DNA of 64,000 nucleotides from Squalus acanthias (Eukaryota). Shown here piece after piece: positions 37,026 to 50,078 of this stretch. Position 1 is the first letter of the stretch; each line of letters starts with the position of its first letter. Both the position numbers and the translations under genes were made by a program. The DNA lies in the NCBI GenBank assembly GCA_030390025.1, contig CM059452.1, positions 10,230,001-10,294,000 of the forward strand. The letters are read 5' to 3'. Under the pieces are notes generated by a model, which saw only the letters and a program-made list of their open reading frames with translations, was not told where the DNA came from and ran no database searches.

Positions 37026-37409
37026 GGCCTTTTCTACCTCTCGTCAGTTACACACACAGCCGCTCAATTAATTGTGTTTCCCAGTTTTGCCAAGGGGGAG
37101 GGCTGTTTATCTGAAGCAGGATATTTGCAAGTCTCGGGCCCAAGGCTTGTACAGCCAGCTCTCCCAGCTCAGATACACCACGGGTTAGAGACAGACTGAA
37201 GCTCTTTCATGACAGGATTCCTCAAAGTTACTTCAGCAACTTTCCTCCCGCTGGGGGAATCAAAAAGTTCCCATTTCCGACAAACAAACGCAGCACATTT
37301 AGATCTCGGTGTCCCTGTTTCTCGTGCTGTCCATCCCTTCAGAATTGGGGCTGGTTTTATTTTGCAGCATCGCAACCTCTGGGATCCGAAATAAGGCCAC
37401 ACACGAACA

Positions 37410-39755
37410 CGAACTGTAACCCCCACTGCCCCACCAGAGAGAGGGGAAAGGGCAATTGTTAACCCACAGTACCTCTCACTCCCCCACCAGAGAGAGGGGA
37501 AAGGGCAATTGTTAACCCACTGTTTCCCCCACTCCACCACCAGAGAGAGGGCAAAGGGCAATTGTTAACCCACTGTACCCCCACTCCCCCACCCGAGAGA
37601 GGGGAAAGGGCAATTGTTAACCCGCTGTACCCCCAGTCCCCACCAGAGAGAGGGGAAAGGACAATTGTTAACCAACTGTAACCCCCACTCCCCCACCAGA
37701 GAGAGGGGAAAGGGCAATTGTTAACCCACTGTACCCACACTCCCCCACCAGAGAGAGGGGAAAGGGTAATTGTTAACCCATAGTACCCCCCACTCCCCCA
37801 GCAGAGAGAGGGGAAAGAGCAATTGTTAACCCACTGTACCTGCCACATCCCCACCCCCCCAGAGAGAGGGGAAAGGGCAATTGTTAACCCACTGTACCCC
37901 CACTCCCCCACCAGAGAGAGGGGAAAGGGAAATTGTTAACCCACTGTCCCCTCACTCCCCCACCAGAGAGAGGGGAAAGGGCAATTGTTAACCCACTGTA
38001 CCTCCCACTCCCTCACCAGGGAGAGGTGAAAGGGCAATTGTTAACCTACTGTACCCACACTCCCCACCAGAGAGAGGTGAAAGGGCAATTGTTAACCCAC
38101 TGTACCTCCCACTCCCCACCAGAGAGAGGTGAAAGGGCAATTGTTAACCCACTGTACCCACACTCCCCACCAGAGTGAGGTGAAAGGGCAATTGTTAACC
38201 AACTGTACCCCCAGTCCCCACCAGAGAGAGTGGAAAGGGCAATTATTAACCAACTGTACCTCCCACTCCCCCACCAGAGAGAGTGGAAAGGGCAATTGTT
38301 AACCCACTGTACCCCAACACCCCCACCAGAGAGAGGGAAAGGGCAATTGTGAACCCACTGTACCCCCACTCCCCCACCAGAGAGAGGGGAAAGGGAAATT
38401 GTTAACCCACTGTCCCCTCACTCCCCACCAGAGAGAGGGGAAAGGGTAATTGTTAACCCACTGTACCCACACTCCCCACCAGAGAGAGGGGAAAGGGCAA
38501 TTGTTAACCCACTGTACCTCCCACTCCCTCACCAGGGAGAGGTGAAAGGGCAATTGTTAACCCACTGTACCTCCCACTCCCCCACCAGAGAGAGGGGAAA
38601 GGGCAATTGTTAACCCACTGTACCTCCCACTCCCCACCAGAGAGAGGTGAAAGGGCAATTGTTAACCCACTGTACCTCCCACTCCCCACCAGAGAGAGGT
38701 GAAAGGGCAATTGTTAACCCACTGTACCCACACTCCCCACCAGAGAGAGGTGAAAGGGCAATTGTTAACCAACTGTACCCCCAGTCCCCACCAGAGAGAG
38801 GGGAAAGGGCAATTATTAACCAACTGTACCTCCCACTCCCCCACCAGCGAGAGGGGAAAGGGCAATTGTTGACCCACTGTAACTCCCACACCCCCACCAG
38901 AGAGACGGGAAAGGGTCATTGTTAACTCACTGTACCCCCACTCCCCCACCAGAGACACGGGAAAGGGTAATTGTTAACCCACTGTACCCCCCATTCCCAA
39001 ACCAGAGAGAGGGGAAAGGGCAATTGTTAACCCACTGTAGCCCCCACTCCCCCACCAGAGAGAGGGGAAAGGGCAATAATTAACCCACTGTACCCCCACT
39101 CCCCCACCAGTGAGGGGAAAGGGCAATTGTTAACCCGCTGTACCTGCCACTCCCCCGCCAGAGAGAGGGGAAAGGGCAATTGTTAACCCGCTGTACCCCC
39201 ACTCCCCCACCCGAGAGAGGGGAAAGGACAATTGTTAACCCACTGTACCTGCCACTCCCCCGCCAGAGAGAGGGGAAAGGGTAATTGTTAACCCACTGTA
39301 CCCCCCACTCCCTCACCAGAGACAGGGAAAGTTCAATTGTTAACCCACTGTACCTCCTACTCCCCCGACAGGGATAGGGGAAAGGGTAATTGTTAACCCA
39401 CTGTACCTCCCACTCCCCCAGCAGAGAGAGGGGAAATGGCAATTGTTAACCCACTGTACCTCCCACCACCCGCCCCCACCACCAGAGAGAGGGAAAGGGC
39501 AATTGTGAACCCAATGTACCCCCACTCCCCCACCAGAGAGAGGTGAAAGGGCAATTGTTAACCCACTGTACCCCCCACTCCCCCACCAGAGAGAGGGGAA
39601 AGGGCAATTGTTAACCCACTGTACCCCCACTCCCCCATCAGAGAGAGGGATAAGGGCAATTGTTAACACACTGTACCTCCCACTCTCCCATCAGAGAGAG
39701 GGAAAAGGGCAATTGTTAACCCACTGTACCTCCACTCTCCCATCAGAGAGAGGAG
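37410..39755. repeat. ~51-52-bp minisatellite (CCCCACTCCCCCACCAGAGAGAGGGGAAAGGGCAATTGTTAACCCACTGTA)n
   Basis: About 45 copies in the CH4-TM1 intron. Confidence 0.95.
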
Positions 39756-40099
39756 AGGTGAACCTATCTCAATTATATAAAGTCAGTTGCCATCTGTAGA
39801 AAGTCAGCTTCTAACTCAATGTCCGAAAACATTAAACTTGCCGCATGGAAATCATGTTGTGATATAAATATTTAGTCAACATATAATCTTTAACAAGTGT
39901 TTGGAGTAAACCTGTCCCTGTTATTCGTAAACTAACAGACTGAATTTTAACAGTCCAATTCTAACTGGTGATTGAATCCTCTGCGGGTTTCTCACGGTTG
40001 TGTCCCTGATGGTTCTGAGGCCCATCGGTTGAATTGTTGCATTCCATCGGTTGACGTCACATTGCGTCTCACACAGAACACATTTACACAGAGCGGGGA

Positions 40100-40625
40100 A
40101 GAATGCGTGTAAAAGTGAGTGTATCTGTGCTTATGTGTAAGTGTGTTTGCGATTTTGTATGAGTGTGTGTGTTTTTGTGTAAGTGCACACTTACACACAA
40201 GCACACAGAGACTTACACATGACCACACACATTAACACACTGACACAGTATATTACACATACCCAGAATATAATACACAGCGTCATTATCAGACCCAGTT
40301 ATTAGTACTCTCTGAAACTTTGAACAATAGCAAAAATACACACACACACGCTTACACAAAACACACACAAACACAAGCATTCACAGACACACGCATGCAT
40401 AAACACAAACAAATACACAATTACACACAAACACACACACATACATGCAAACACACACAGTTGCACTTAAATACGCACGCGCTGACACGTAAATATAGAC
40501 ACACACTTACACAATACACACACACACTTAAACATAAATACACACACACTTACACATCAACACATACATTAACACAGAAACTCAGACTAAACCAAAACAA
40601 AAGTTCGTCATACACACAAACACAA
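40100..40625. repeat. TG/CA-rich microsatellite
   Basis: Degenerate (CA)n and (TG)n. Confidence 0.85.
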
Positions 40626-41271
40626 TCACTAAAGCGCACAAAAAACGTCAGGCTGTCGACTAATGTAGAATAAAAATGCAGTTTTTACGGACAGTCTTCA
40701 ACGATTGTTCTGATAAAATTATTCCTGATAACGTAACATCTCACATTTCTCTATTCTGGTCCTACTCATACACTGAATCACTGTTCTTGTTGGAAACTGA
40801 TACAAGTTAATTTTGTTCAGAGCATTGCCGTAAGAAATAAATGATCAAGATTATAACTCACAGCTGATCTCTTTCCCAGCCCCCTTGACAGTCTCCAAAT
40901 AACTATCTGCATAAAGCTATCGTTAAAATAATCGATATCAGTCAGCAAACATCCCTCGATATTTCATCATATTATTCCCGACTGATGGATCGTACGAAAT
41001 TGATGCAAAATCAATTAGCCTGTGTCATTGAAGAAAAAATGTCATATTTTCCAACACGGACTATAGGAGGATAATAAAGGAAGATCGACTGTGGAGTTAG
41101 GAACAGAGATAGATTGCTGAGAGTGATTACATTAACACAAGATATACCTTGAAAATTAAATTAGAGAATAAACTAATAACTTAAGGAAAAGAAAGGAGAA
41201 TATATAATAATAATATGATATATTGGATTAATAAACGATCTGAATATACTTCCTCCTCTACATCCCCGTAG

Positions 41272-41399
41272 ATTCATCAGACCACATCTTGATTGAAGAC
41301 TATGAGGAAGAGAGCGGCAACATCTGGACAACCGCTTCCACATTCATCATCCTGTTCTTCCTGAGCATTTCTTACAGCGCTGCCGTCACTCTCGTGAAG
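41272..41399 (+). CDS. IGHM: IgM TM1 exon
   Basis: CGTAG|, DSSDHILIEDYEEESGNIWTTASTFIILFFLSISYSAAVTLVK|GTGAGA; CART motif; phase matches the CH4 internal donor. Confidence 0.95.
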
Positions 41400-41404
41400 G
41401 TGAG

Positions 41405-41800
41405 AAGTGGAAGGAGCCGCACCGCGGGATACACTCACTGGAAGGAGACGCGCCCTGGCACACACTCACTGGAAGGAGACGCACCGCGGGACACACTCAC
41501 TGGAAGGAGACACACTAAAAGGAGGACGGGATCCAGGAGCGAGAACGAGGCCCAGGAGCGAGTTCGGGACCCAGGAGCGAGCTCGAGGCCCAGGAGCGAG
41601 GACGAGGCCCAGGGGCGAGGACGGGGCCCAGGAGCGAGATCGAGGCCCAGGGGCGAGGTCGGAACCCAGGAGCGAGAACGGGGCCCAGGAGCGAGGTCGG
41701 GACCCAGGAGTGAGGACGGGGCTCAGGAGCGAGGACGAGCCCAGCAGCGAGGTCGAGATCGAGGCCCAGGAGTGGCGCAGCGTGGACCAGCAGCGGGGTC
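41405..41800 (+). repeat. Short GC-rich tandem repeats after TM1
   Basis: CACTCACTGGAAGGAG-type ~31-bp repeats, then ~19-bp GAGGCCCAGGAGCGAGGAC repeats. Confidence 0.8.
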
Positions 41801-41869
41801 GGGGGGACCACACTGCAGCGTGTGAAACCCAGGCAGAGACGACCTGAGGGAAGGAGGGAGCAGGACAGT

Positions 41870-44800
41870 AGGAGTATGTTTGTGTGTGTGTGCTAGGCCG
41901 ATGTAGCAGAGCCTGGTCTCCAACCGTCTTGGATCCCCTTGCCATTGGACCAAGATCTTGTTCTGTCAAGCCCCTGTGGTAGCTGGTGTGCAACGGCCAC
42001 CCCACATTAAAATAATTCACGCACAGGCATCTTCCACCCTTTAAAATGAAGTCCGGGACCTTGAACGTCAGGACCCTCATGGACAACCCCAACAGCGACA
42101 GACCGGAACGCCATACTGCTCTCTTTGACCGGGAGCTCAGACGTTTGGACATAGTCATCGGTGACCTAAGCGAGACCCGGCGGGCAGGGGATGGCCAGCT
42201 CAAGGAGCAAGGCGGTGGTTACACCTTCTTCTGGAAAGGCAAACCTGAAGAAGACCGCCGCCTCCATGGGGTAGGCTTCACCATACAAAAATAGCTGGTT
42301 GAACGTCTCACAGACTCCCCTTGTGGAATAAACGAACGCCTCATGATTGTACAGCTCACCCTAGCCCGGAACCAGTGCGTTACGGTCATCAGTGTGTACG
42401 CCCCAACACTGGAAGCCACAGACGAGACCAAAGAGGAATTCTACTCCAGCCTCGAACAATCCCTGTCCCGAGTCCCAACGGGCGACAAGCTGATCCTCCT
42501 TGGAGACTTCAACACCAGAGTTGGAAAGGACACAGATCTCTGTGGTGGTGTGATTGGCAGAGAGGGGGTAGGGAAAGCCAACTCCAATGGTACCCTCCTC
42601 CTATCGAAATGCTTAGAACATGGCCTTGTCATAACCAACACCTTGTTCCATCAGAGAGACAAGTACAAGGTTTCATGGCAGCACCCTCGCTTCAAGCACT
42701 GGCATCTGCTGGACTACGTCATCGTCCGAGCGAGGGCCTGCAAGTATATCCATATCACCCGCGCCATGACAGGAGCTGACGAATGCTGGACAGACCACCG
42801 CCTAATCCGCTCTGTCATCTCCATCAATATAGCCCCAAAACAGCGGCAGCAACAGAAACAATGCCGCAGGAAAATCAATGCTGGAGCACTCAAACACCCC
42901 GCTGAGAAAGCCCTATTCAGCCTGCGCCTCACAAACAACGTGACGGCTCCCAGTGATGCAGAGACACAGACTGTCCACAGCGCTTGGTCTGCAGTCAAGG
43001 CCTCCATAATCAGCACCTGTGAAGAGATGCTCGGTCACTCGACCAGGAAACAGCAAGACTGGTTCAACAAGAACGACCAGAAGATCCAGGAGCTAATAAG
43101 CCGCAAGCGCAAGGCATCCCTGATCTGGAAACAGCAACAGAACAAGAGAGCAAGAAAGCAGCTCTACAGACGCCTGAAGGCCGAGGTCCAACAAAAAACT
43201 CGCGACCTAAAGAACATATGGTGGGTGGAGAAAGCACAGGAGATCCAGCAGCTAGCCAACACCCACAACGTGCGTAGATTCTTTAGCGCAGTCAAGACCA
43301 CCTACGGCCCAAGCACCCAAGGTCCTACCCTACTGTGCGCCAAGAACGGAGAGGTACTCATCAAAGACAGAGAGGCAGTCAGTGCCCACTGGAAGGAGCA
43401 CTTCGAAGATCTCCTTAACCGAGACTCTGTCTTCGAAGCGAGTGTCCTCAACTTCATCCCGCAGCATGCTACCCGCCACCACCTCAGCACAACCCCAGCC
43501 CGGCATGTGGTTGAAAAGGCCATCCGAGAACTCAAGAACAACAAGGCCGCAGGAGCAGATGGAATCCCCGCCGAGGCGCTGAAACATGGCGGAGAAGCAC
43601 TATTGGCGCGACTACATGAACTCATTTCTCTTATTTGGAAGAAAGAGAGCATGCCAGGGGATCTCAGAGACGCCATAATGGTAACCATCTTCAAGAAAGG
43701 TGGCAAGTCCGATTGCGGTCATTACAGAGGAGTCGCCCTGCTGTCTGCCACAGGGAAAGTCATCGCAAGAATCCTCCTCAATCGCCTTCTCCCAGTGGCT
43801 GAAGAGCTCCTCCCAGAGTCGCAATGAGGATTCCACCCACTAAGGGGCACAATGGACATGATCTTCACTGCGCGTCAACTACAAGAGAAATGCAGGGAAC
43901 AGCACCAACCGCTGTACATGGCCTTCTTTGACTTCACAAAGGCCTTCGACACCATCAACCGTGAGGAATTATGGAGTGTCCTCCTCAAATTCGGCTGCCT
44001 TCAAAAGTTTGTCACCATCCTCCGCCTGCTTTTACGATGACATGCAAGCCGTGATCCTGACCAACGGATCTACCACAGGCCCAATTCACGTACGGAGTGG
44101 GGTCAAGCAAGGCTGTGTCATTGTATCAATGTGCTTCTCGATCTTCCTTGCTGCAATGCTCCATCTCACCCTCAGTAAGCTCCCCGCTAGAGTGGAGCTA
44201 ATCTACAGAATAAACGGAAAACTGTTCAACCTCCGACGCCTCCAGTCCAGATCCAAGGTCGTCCCATCCTCTGTCATCGAATTACAGTATGCAGACGACG
44301 CTTGCGTCTGCACTCACTCTGAGGCCGAACTCCAAACCATCTTCAACACCTTCACCGAAGCATATGAGAGCATGGGCCTTACACTAAACATCCGTAAGAC
44401 AAAGGACCTCTACCAACCTGCCCCCGCCACACAGTACTGCCCCCCGATTATCAAAATGCATGACGAGGCCTTGGACAACGTGGACCACTTTCCATACCTC
44501 GGGAGCCTACTGTCAGCAAGGGCAGACGTCGATGACGAAGTCCAACACCGCCTTCAGTGTGCCAGTGCAGCCTTCGGTCGCCTGAGGAAGAGAGTGTTTG
44601 AAGACCAGGACCACAAACCCAGCACCATGCTCATGGTCTACAGAGCAGCAGTGATACACGCCCTGCTGTATGCCTCAGAGACATTGACCATGTACAGCAG
44701 GCACCTCAAAGCACTGGAGAGGTACCACCAACGCTGCCTCTGCAAGATCCTGCAAATCCATTGGCTGGATAGGCACACCGACATCAGTGTTCTCGCTCAG

Positions 44801-45292
44801 GCCAACATCCCCAGCATCGAAGCTTTGACCACGCTCGATCAGCTCCGATGGACGGGCCACATCGTCCGCATGCCCGATACGAGACTCCCAAAACAAACGC
44901 TCTACTCGGAGCTCCGACACGGCAAGAGAGCCCCAGGTGGGCAGAGGAAACGCTTCAAGGACACCCTCAAAGCCTCCTTGAAAAAGTGTAATATCCCCAC
45001 CGATACATGGGAATCCCTGGCCGAAGATCACACAAAGTGGAGGAGAAGCATCCGGGAAGGCGCCGAACACCTCGAGTCTCTTCGCCGGGAGCAAGTGGAA
45101 GCCAAGCGCAAACAGCGGAAGGAGCGCACGTCAACCCAAGCACCCCACCCAGCCGCCCCTTCAACCACTGTCTGCCCCACCTGTGACAGAGACTGTAGGT
45201 CCCGCATTGGACTCATCAGTCACCTGAGAACTCATTGTTAGTGTGGAAACAAGTCATCCTCGGTTCCCAGGGACTGCCTGAGATGAGAAGAA
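41870..45292 (+). mobile_element. Near full-length RTE-clade LINE (endonuclease + RT + C-terminal CCHH finger), inactivated
   Basis: TLNVRTL...LSETR, VYAPT, GDFN, WTDH, DFTKAFD, GVKQGC, YADD, CPTC...HLRTH. Stops at about 42292 and 43825, frameshift near 44030. Confidence 0.93.
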
Positions 45293-45418
45293 GTTGAAAA
45301 GACTCAATCCATTCACACTTCGATCTGACTGAAGCGGTTTGACAAAGTCTCACTGATAAAATCCCTGAGATAAATGCCACAAACCACTAAATCTCTACTT
45401 CATTCTTTTATCTCTCAG

Positions 45419-45427
45419 GTGAAGTGA
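45419..45427 (+). CDS. IGHM: IgM TM2 exon (VK*)
   Basis: Polypyrimidine tract ...TCTCTCAG|GTG AAG TGA gives the canonical KVK cytoplasmic tail. AATAAA at about 45490 and 45863. Confidence 0.85.
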   Translation: MK

Positions 45428-46254
45428 ACGGTTGAATTTGGGCGCCGTGGATTTTCCTCATCTGCTTATTAACATCTCTGTGTCATGAAAATAAAATATG
45501 TCCCCTTGGTGATTCTCAGAGTCAAATGACTTCAGTTAATAGATCCGAATCTGTAGCTGAGAAAATCATAACCGGGATTTCCGTCTCTCTGTTTGAAATG
45601 TGTGAGATAATCGTGGCTATAATATAAATGCATCTTACAGTTGTTTGAATGTTTCATGTGTAAATAATAACTTTTCTCGTTTCTAATCCACGATTGTTCC
45701 CTTCCCTTTATGTTGAGCTCCTGGTGTCTGTTACAGTTGTACAGATAGCTGGCAGCTCAGACCGCCTGTATTCTGGTCTCAATGTGACGCTCAGTTGTTA
45801 TACTCACTTTGATGTTAACTTTTTAAAAACTTCTCTGTAAATTGTTCTGTGTGAAATTATTAATAAATCTGGAATGACAAATTAACTAACTTGGACTTTG
45901 CTGAATTCCTTTCTCCAAGGCTCCTCCACACCGCTCCCTTTTGCCTATCACACTTTGTTTTATTTCCCTGACAGGTATTTTTCACCCTTCCTGTCTGGGT
46001 TGTATTTGAACCCATGTCTCTCCCGTTAAGGAGTCACTGCGCCACCCAGTGTCCCATCAGAGTAACGACACCTTTACCCCTGCCTTTTCATGTCAAGGCC
46101 CAGAGGCGGAAAGACTGCACAGCGACCTCGCACTCCCCTCTAATATTATGGTCTGTCACAGTCAGATGACAGGTTCTATTAAAGAGCAGTGCTCTGCTCC
46201 ATCACAGCCCTACAGTACAGTACATGGCAGAGTAAATCTCCCTCTACACTCTCC

Positions 46255-46365
46255 CTACATTACAACAGTGATTACACTTCAAAAAGTACTTAATTGGCTG
46301 TGAAACTCTTTGGGACATCCGGTGGTCGTGAAAGGCGCTATATAAATGCAAGTCTTTATTTTTCT
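46255..46365 (+). mobile_element. DeuSINE-like 3' tail
   Basis: TTTGGGACATCCGGTGGTCGTGAAAGGCGCTATATAAATGCAAGTCTTT. Confidence 0.6.
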
Positions 46366-47279
46366 TTCTTTCCCATCAAACACGCCCAGGGCAGGTACAG
46401 CATGGGTTAGATATCTGACACAGGCACACCAGGAAGCACAAACACTGGGAATGATTCCCAGAGACTGGGCCGAACTGACACACAGACTCTATCGCCATCT
46501 GTTTTGTTTACACACACTCAGACGTCCAAGGCAGAGAGGAAAGAAGGAGAGACTGTATTTGATAGAGAGCAGGTGGGGGATCACGCGGTGTCCACAGGTA
46601 CATTTGGAACTTTCTGCGGCCGGTGGTCACCGCTGAATACAGGTTTTATGAAAGACGGGCAAAATTCAATTATTATGGAACATCATTTTGGTTTTGTTCA
46701 GCCAAGTGTGCGAGTGGAGCCGTCCTCTCGGGGTGGGCACCATAGAATGTATTTTTATTTTGGATTCGCCCCTTTAAAGGAGACCCGAGTCCAAATGTTT
46801 CCCACGGACCGAGGAATAAAGTAGGCCGAGCTCTGTGGTAACCAGATCCAACCCTTCTCCAATCTGAGCCACACACATTAGCCCTCACCCTCTGTCTCCT
46901 GTATCTCTGACGACCTGTCTACCTGCTCTGCTCAATCTACCTGAACTCACCGAACTTCACCCCAGGGATCATTTCTTGCTGCTCTGCTCAATGCCCTCTG
47001 ATACCATCTACCCGAACTCACTGAACATCACTCCAGGGTTCCGTCAGTGACCTTCAGACCTTCTCTCCCTGTTTCAATAAAGTTTCGCTCCTCCTCCTTT
47101 ACCGTCTTATCGGATTGTTTCGGAGCTTCCAGGCCACCTGAACATGTCCCGATGTTTCTCGCCAGGCCCGATTATCTTCCAGAATGTTCCTTCTGCTGGG
47201 GCGCTCCTTTTCCTCGAAACTCCCGGAGTTCAGCCGTGATGTTTCTTGTGTTTGAATAGCACATCAGGGTAAGGGAGGG

Positions 47280-47885
47280 AAGAATTAGCGGCCCTTCTGC
47301 AGGGCTCGGAAGGAAGTTTGGGAATGGATGGAGTTACAATAACTTTTAGCAACCATCACTTTGTCCCCCCGTCCCTGTCCTGACCCCAGGCTCGAGGACT
47401 CTCTGGCGGTGCAAGGCCCCTTTAAGACGCCCCGGGGTGACACATTCCCCCGTGGTCGCAGCCCTGAGTCAGGGGTCACAGGCTGCACAAACTGGAACAC
47501 TTTAGCTTAGAGTGGACGCTGTAGACTTCCTCTGACTCTGTCCGTGACTGAATGTGAAAAGCAGCCAATTACGGTACTGTGACGTTTAGAATGGATTGTG
47601 GCGTCATCCACTGCAGGGCAAAGCGGTGGCGGCCATGTTTGTGTGACGTGCGATGTGACGTGTGACTTCAATTTCCACGAAAGAAAACGTCTCCCTTTCT
47701 TAATAAAAAGGAGAAAATATGCGACAGAGATAAAGATACAGATAGCGACTTTTAACGCGGTTGACGAGTGGCGCATGTGCGAACAGTGCTCCCATTGTGC
47801 AGCGCGGCCCGTGGTCGACAAAGGAGCTTTTCTGGTCCGCTGTGCATTGTGGGAAACTCTGTCCTGCATGGCCGCTTTAATCATT
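47280..47885 (-). repeat. Inverted copy of the promoter-like module at 3230-3915
   Basis: Reverse complement shares CGTCACACAAACATGGCCGCC, GCACATGCGC and TGACTCAG blocks. Confidence 0.7.
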
Positions 47886-48047
47886 GATAGGGTGTGATCC
47901 AACTGAACCACTGAATGGCAATTTATTCCAGCCTCCAGAGGGAAAGCTGAAGCACGGACAGAGCTCATTAAATATCCGGGTTCGAAGGAATACACTGAAA
48001 GAAATAACACACACAGGCAGAATATGGGAACCAGATCCTGTCCTATA

Positions 48048-49231
48048 GGTGAGGTGAGAGTGACTGCCCTTGACATTAAGGCAGCATTTGACCGAGTGTG
48101 GCATCAAGGAGCCCTAGTAAAACTGAAGTCAATGGGAATTGGGGGGAAACTCTCCACTGGCGGGAATCATACCCAGCACAAAGGAAGATGGTTGTGTTGG
48201 TTGAAGGTCAATCAACACAGCCCCAGGAAATCGCTGCAGGAGTTCCTCAGGGCAGTGACCTAGGCCCAACCATCTTCAACTGCTTTATCAATGACCTTCC
48301 CTCCAACATAAGGTCAGAAATGGGGATGTTCGCTGATGACTGCACTGTGTTCAGTGCCATTCACAACTCCTCAGATAATGAAGCACTCCATGCCCGAATG
48401 CAACAAGACCTGGACAACGTTCAGGCTTGGGCTGATAAGTGGCAGGTAACATTCACGCCACACAAGTGCCAGGCAATGACTATCTCCAACAAGCGAGAGT
48501 CTAATCACGGCAATTTGACATTCAACGGCATTACCATTGCCGAATCCCACGCCATCAACATCCTGGGGGGTCACCATTGACCAGAAAATTAACTGGACCA
48601 GCCCCATAAATACTGTGGCAACAAGAGCAGGTCAGAGGCTAGGTATTCTGCGGCAAATATCTCACCTCCTGAATCCCCAAAGCCTTTCTAACATCTACAA
48701 GGCACAAGTAAGGAGTGTGATGGAATACTCTCCACTTGCCTGGATGAGTGGAGCTCCAACAACACTCAAGAAGTTTGACACCATCCAGGACAAAGCAGCC
48801 CGCTTGATTGGCATCCCATCCACCACCTTAAACATTAACTCCCTCCACCACCAGAGTACCGTGGCTGCAGTGTGTTCATCTACAAGATGCACTGCAGCAC
48901 CTCGCCAAGGCTTCTTCGACAGCACCTCCCAAACCCGCGACCTCTACCACCTAGAAGGACAAGGGCAGCAGGCGCATGGTAACACCACAACCTGCAAGTT
49001 CCCCTCCAAGTCACACACCATCCTGACTTGGAAATGTATCACCGATCCTTCATCGTCGCTGGGTCAAAATCCTGGAACTCCCTGCCGAACAGCACTGTGG
49101 GAGTACCATCACCACACGGACTGCAGCGGTTCAAGAAGGCGGCTCACCACCACCTTCTCAAGGGCAACTAGGGATGGGCAATAAATGCTGGCTTTGCCAG
49201 CGACGCCCACATCCCATAAACGAATAAAAAA
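48048..49231 (+). mobile_element. 5'-truncated LINE, same family as 4320-6742
   Basis: ALDIKAAFDRVWH, GVPQGS, FADD; near-identical to 5560-6742 including the 3' tail. Confidence 0.9.
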
Positions 49232-49615
49232 ACGGAGCGACCAGCAGGAAGTTCCTGGCGCTGTCAGCAACCTCTTTCTCGGAGCTGATCTGAACATCGA
49301 TCTATGACTTTAAGGGAAAACAGCTGATCAGAAGCAGAAAGGACAGTTTAACCGGTCGGTTCATTCTGTGATCGATCTTTCGGGCCGATTGGATTCTGCA
49401 GTTTGTTTTCTCGGCCTCTCCTGGGAACAGTTGGGTGACAGTTTGATCCGAGGTTAATTTGGTTTCCTCTCGGTGTGTGTTTGAGCGCCTGACAGCGCGC
49501 TGCTCATTGTGGCTGCATCTGCCCGCGATTCCACACAACCCCAACAGACAGGAGCTCCGCCCTACAGTCCAATGGCAGTTTTTGTACAGGGCTGAGACTG
49601 CTTTCCATCACTGTG

Positions 49616-50078
49616 AGTCCAGGGCGCAGTAATACACGGCAGCGTCAGTCAGCTGCAGCCCGGAGATGGTTAAACTGGTGAATTTAGTCGAGGTCTGGAG
49701 CTCAGCAGAGAAACGGGTTTTAGCAAAATCTGCTTTATCTTCAGAACCGCTCGAGTGTTTCCACAGTATAAACTCGGGCTGTGTGTCTGGGTGTTGCCGG
49801 TACCAGTATAAATAATAGCCGCTCTGTGTAGTATCATAGGTACAGCTTAAAGTCACCGCTTCTCCTTCTGTCTTAACTCCTGAGGACAGCGGCTGAGTGA
49901 CAGAATCTCCAAGACTCAGATCTGAAAAACATGTTCAAACAGGAAAAGATCAGACCGGCGGGTGTTTAAAATTCAGATTCAAACCATGTTAGAAATGAGA
50001 GAAAAGATGAGATGTGTTTGGTCCACAATTACCTGTCAGAAATGCCCCCCACACAGCCCAGATGCTGAGTAGCCGCAT
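49616..50078 (-). CDS. TCR alpha/delta V gene, intact (leader 50078-50033, V exon 49921-49616)
   Basis: MRLLSIWAVWGAFLT|GT; DSVTQP...LSCTYDTTQSGYYLYWYRQ...DAAVYYCALDS. RSS CACAGTG (49615-49609)-23-ACAAAAACT. Confidence 0.92.
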
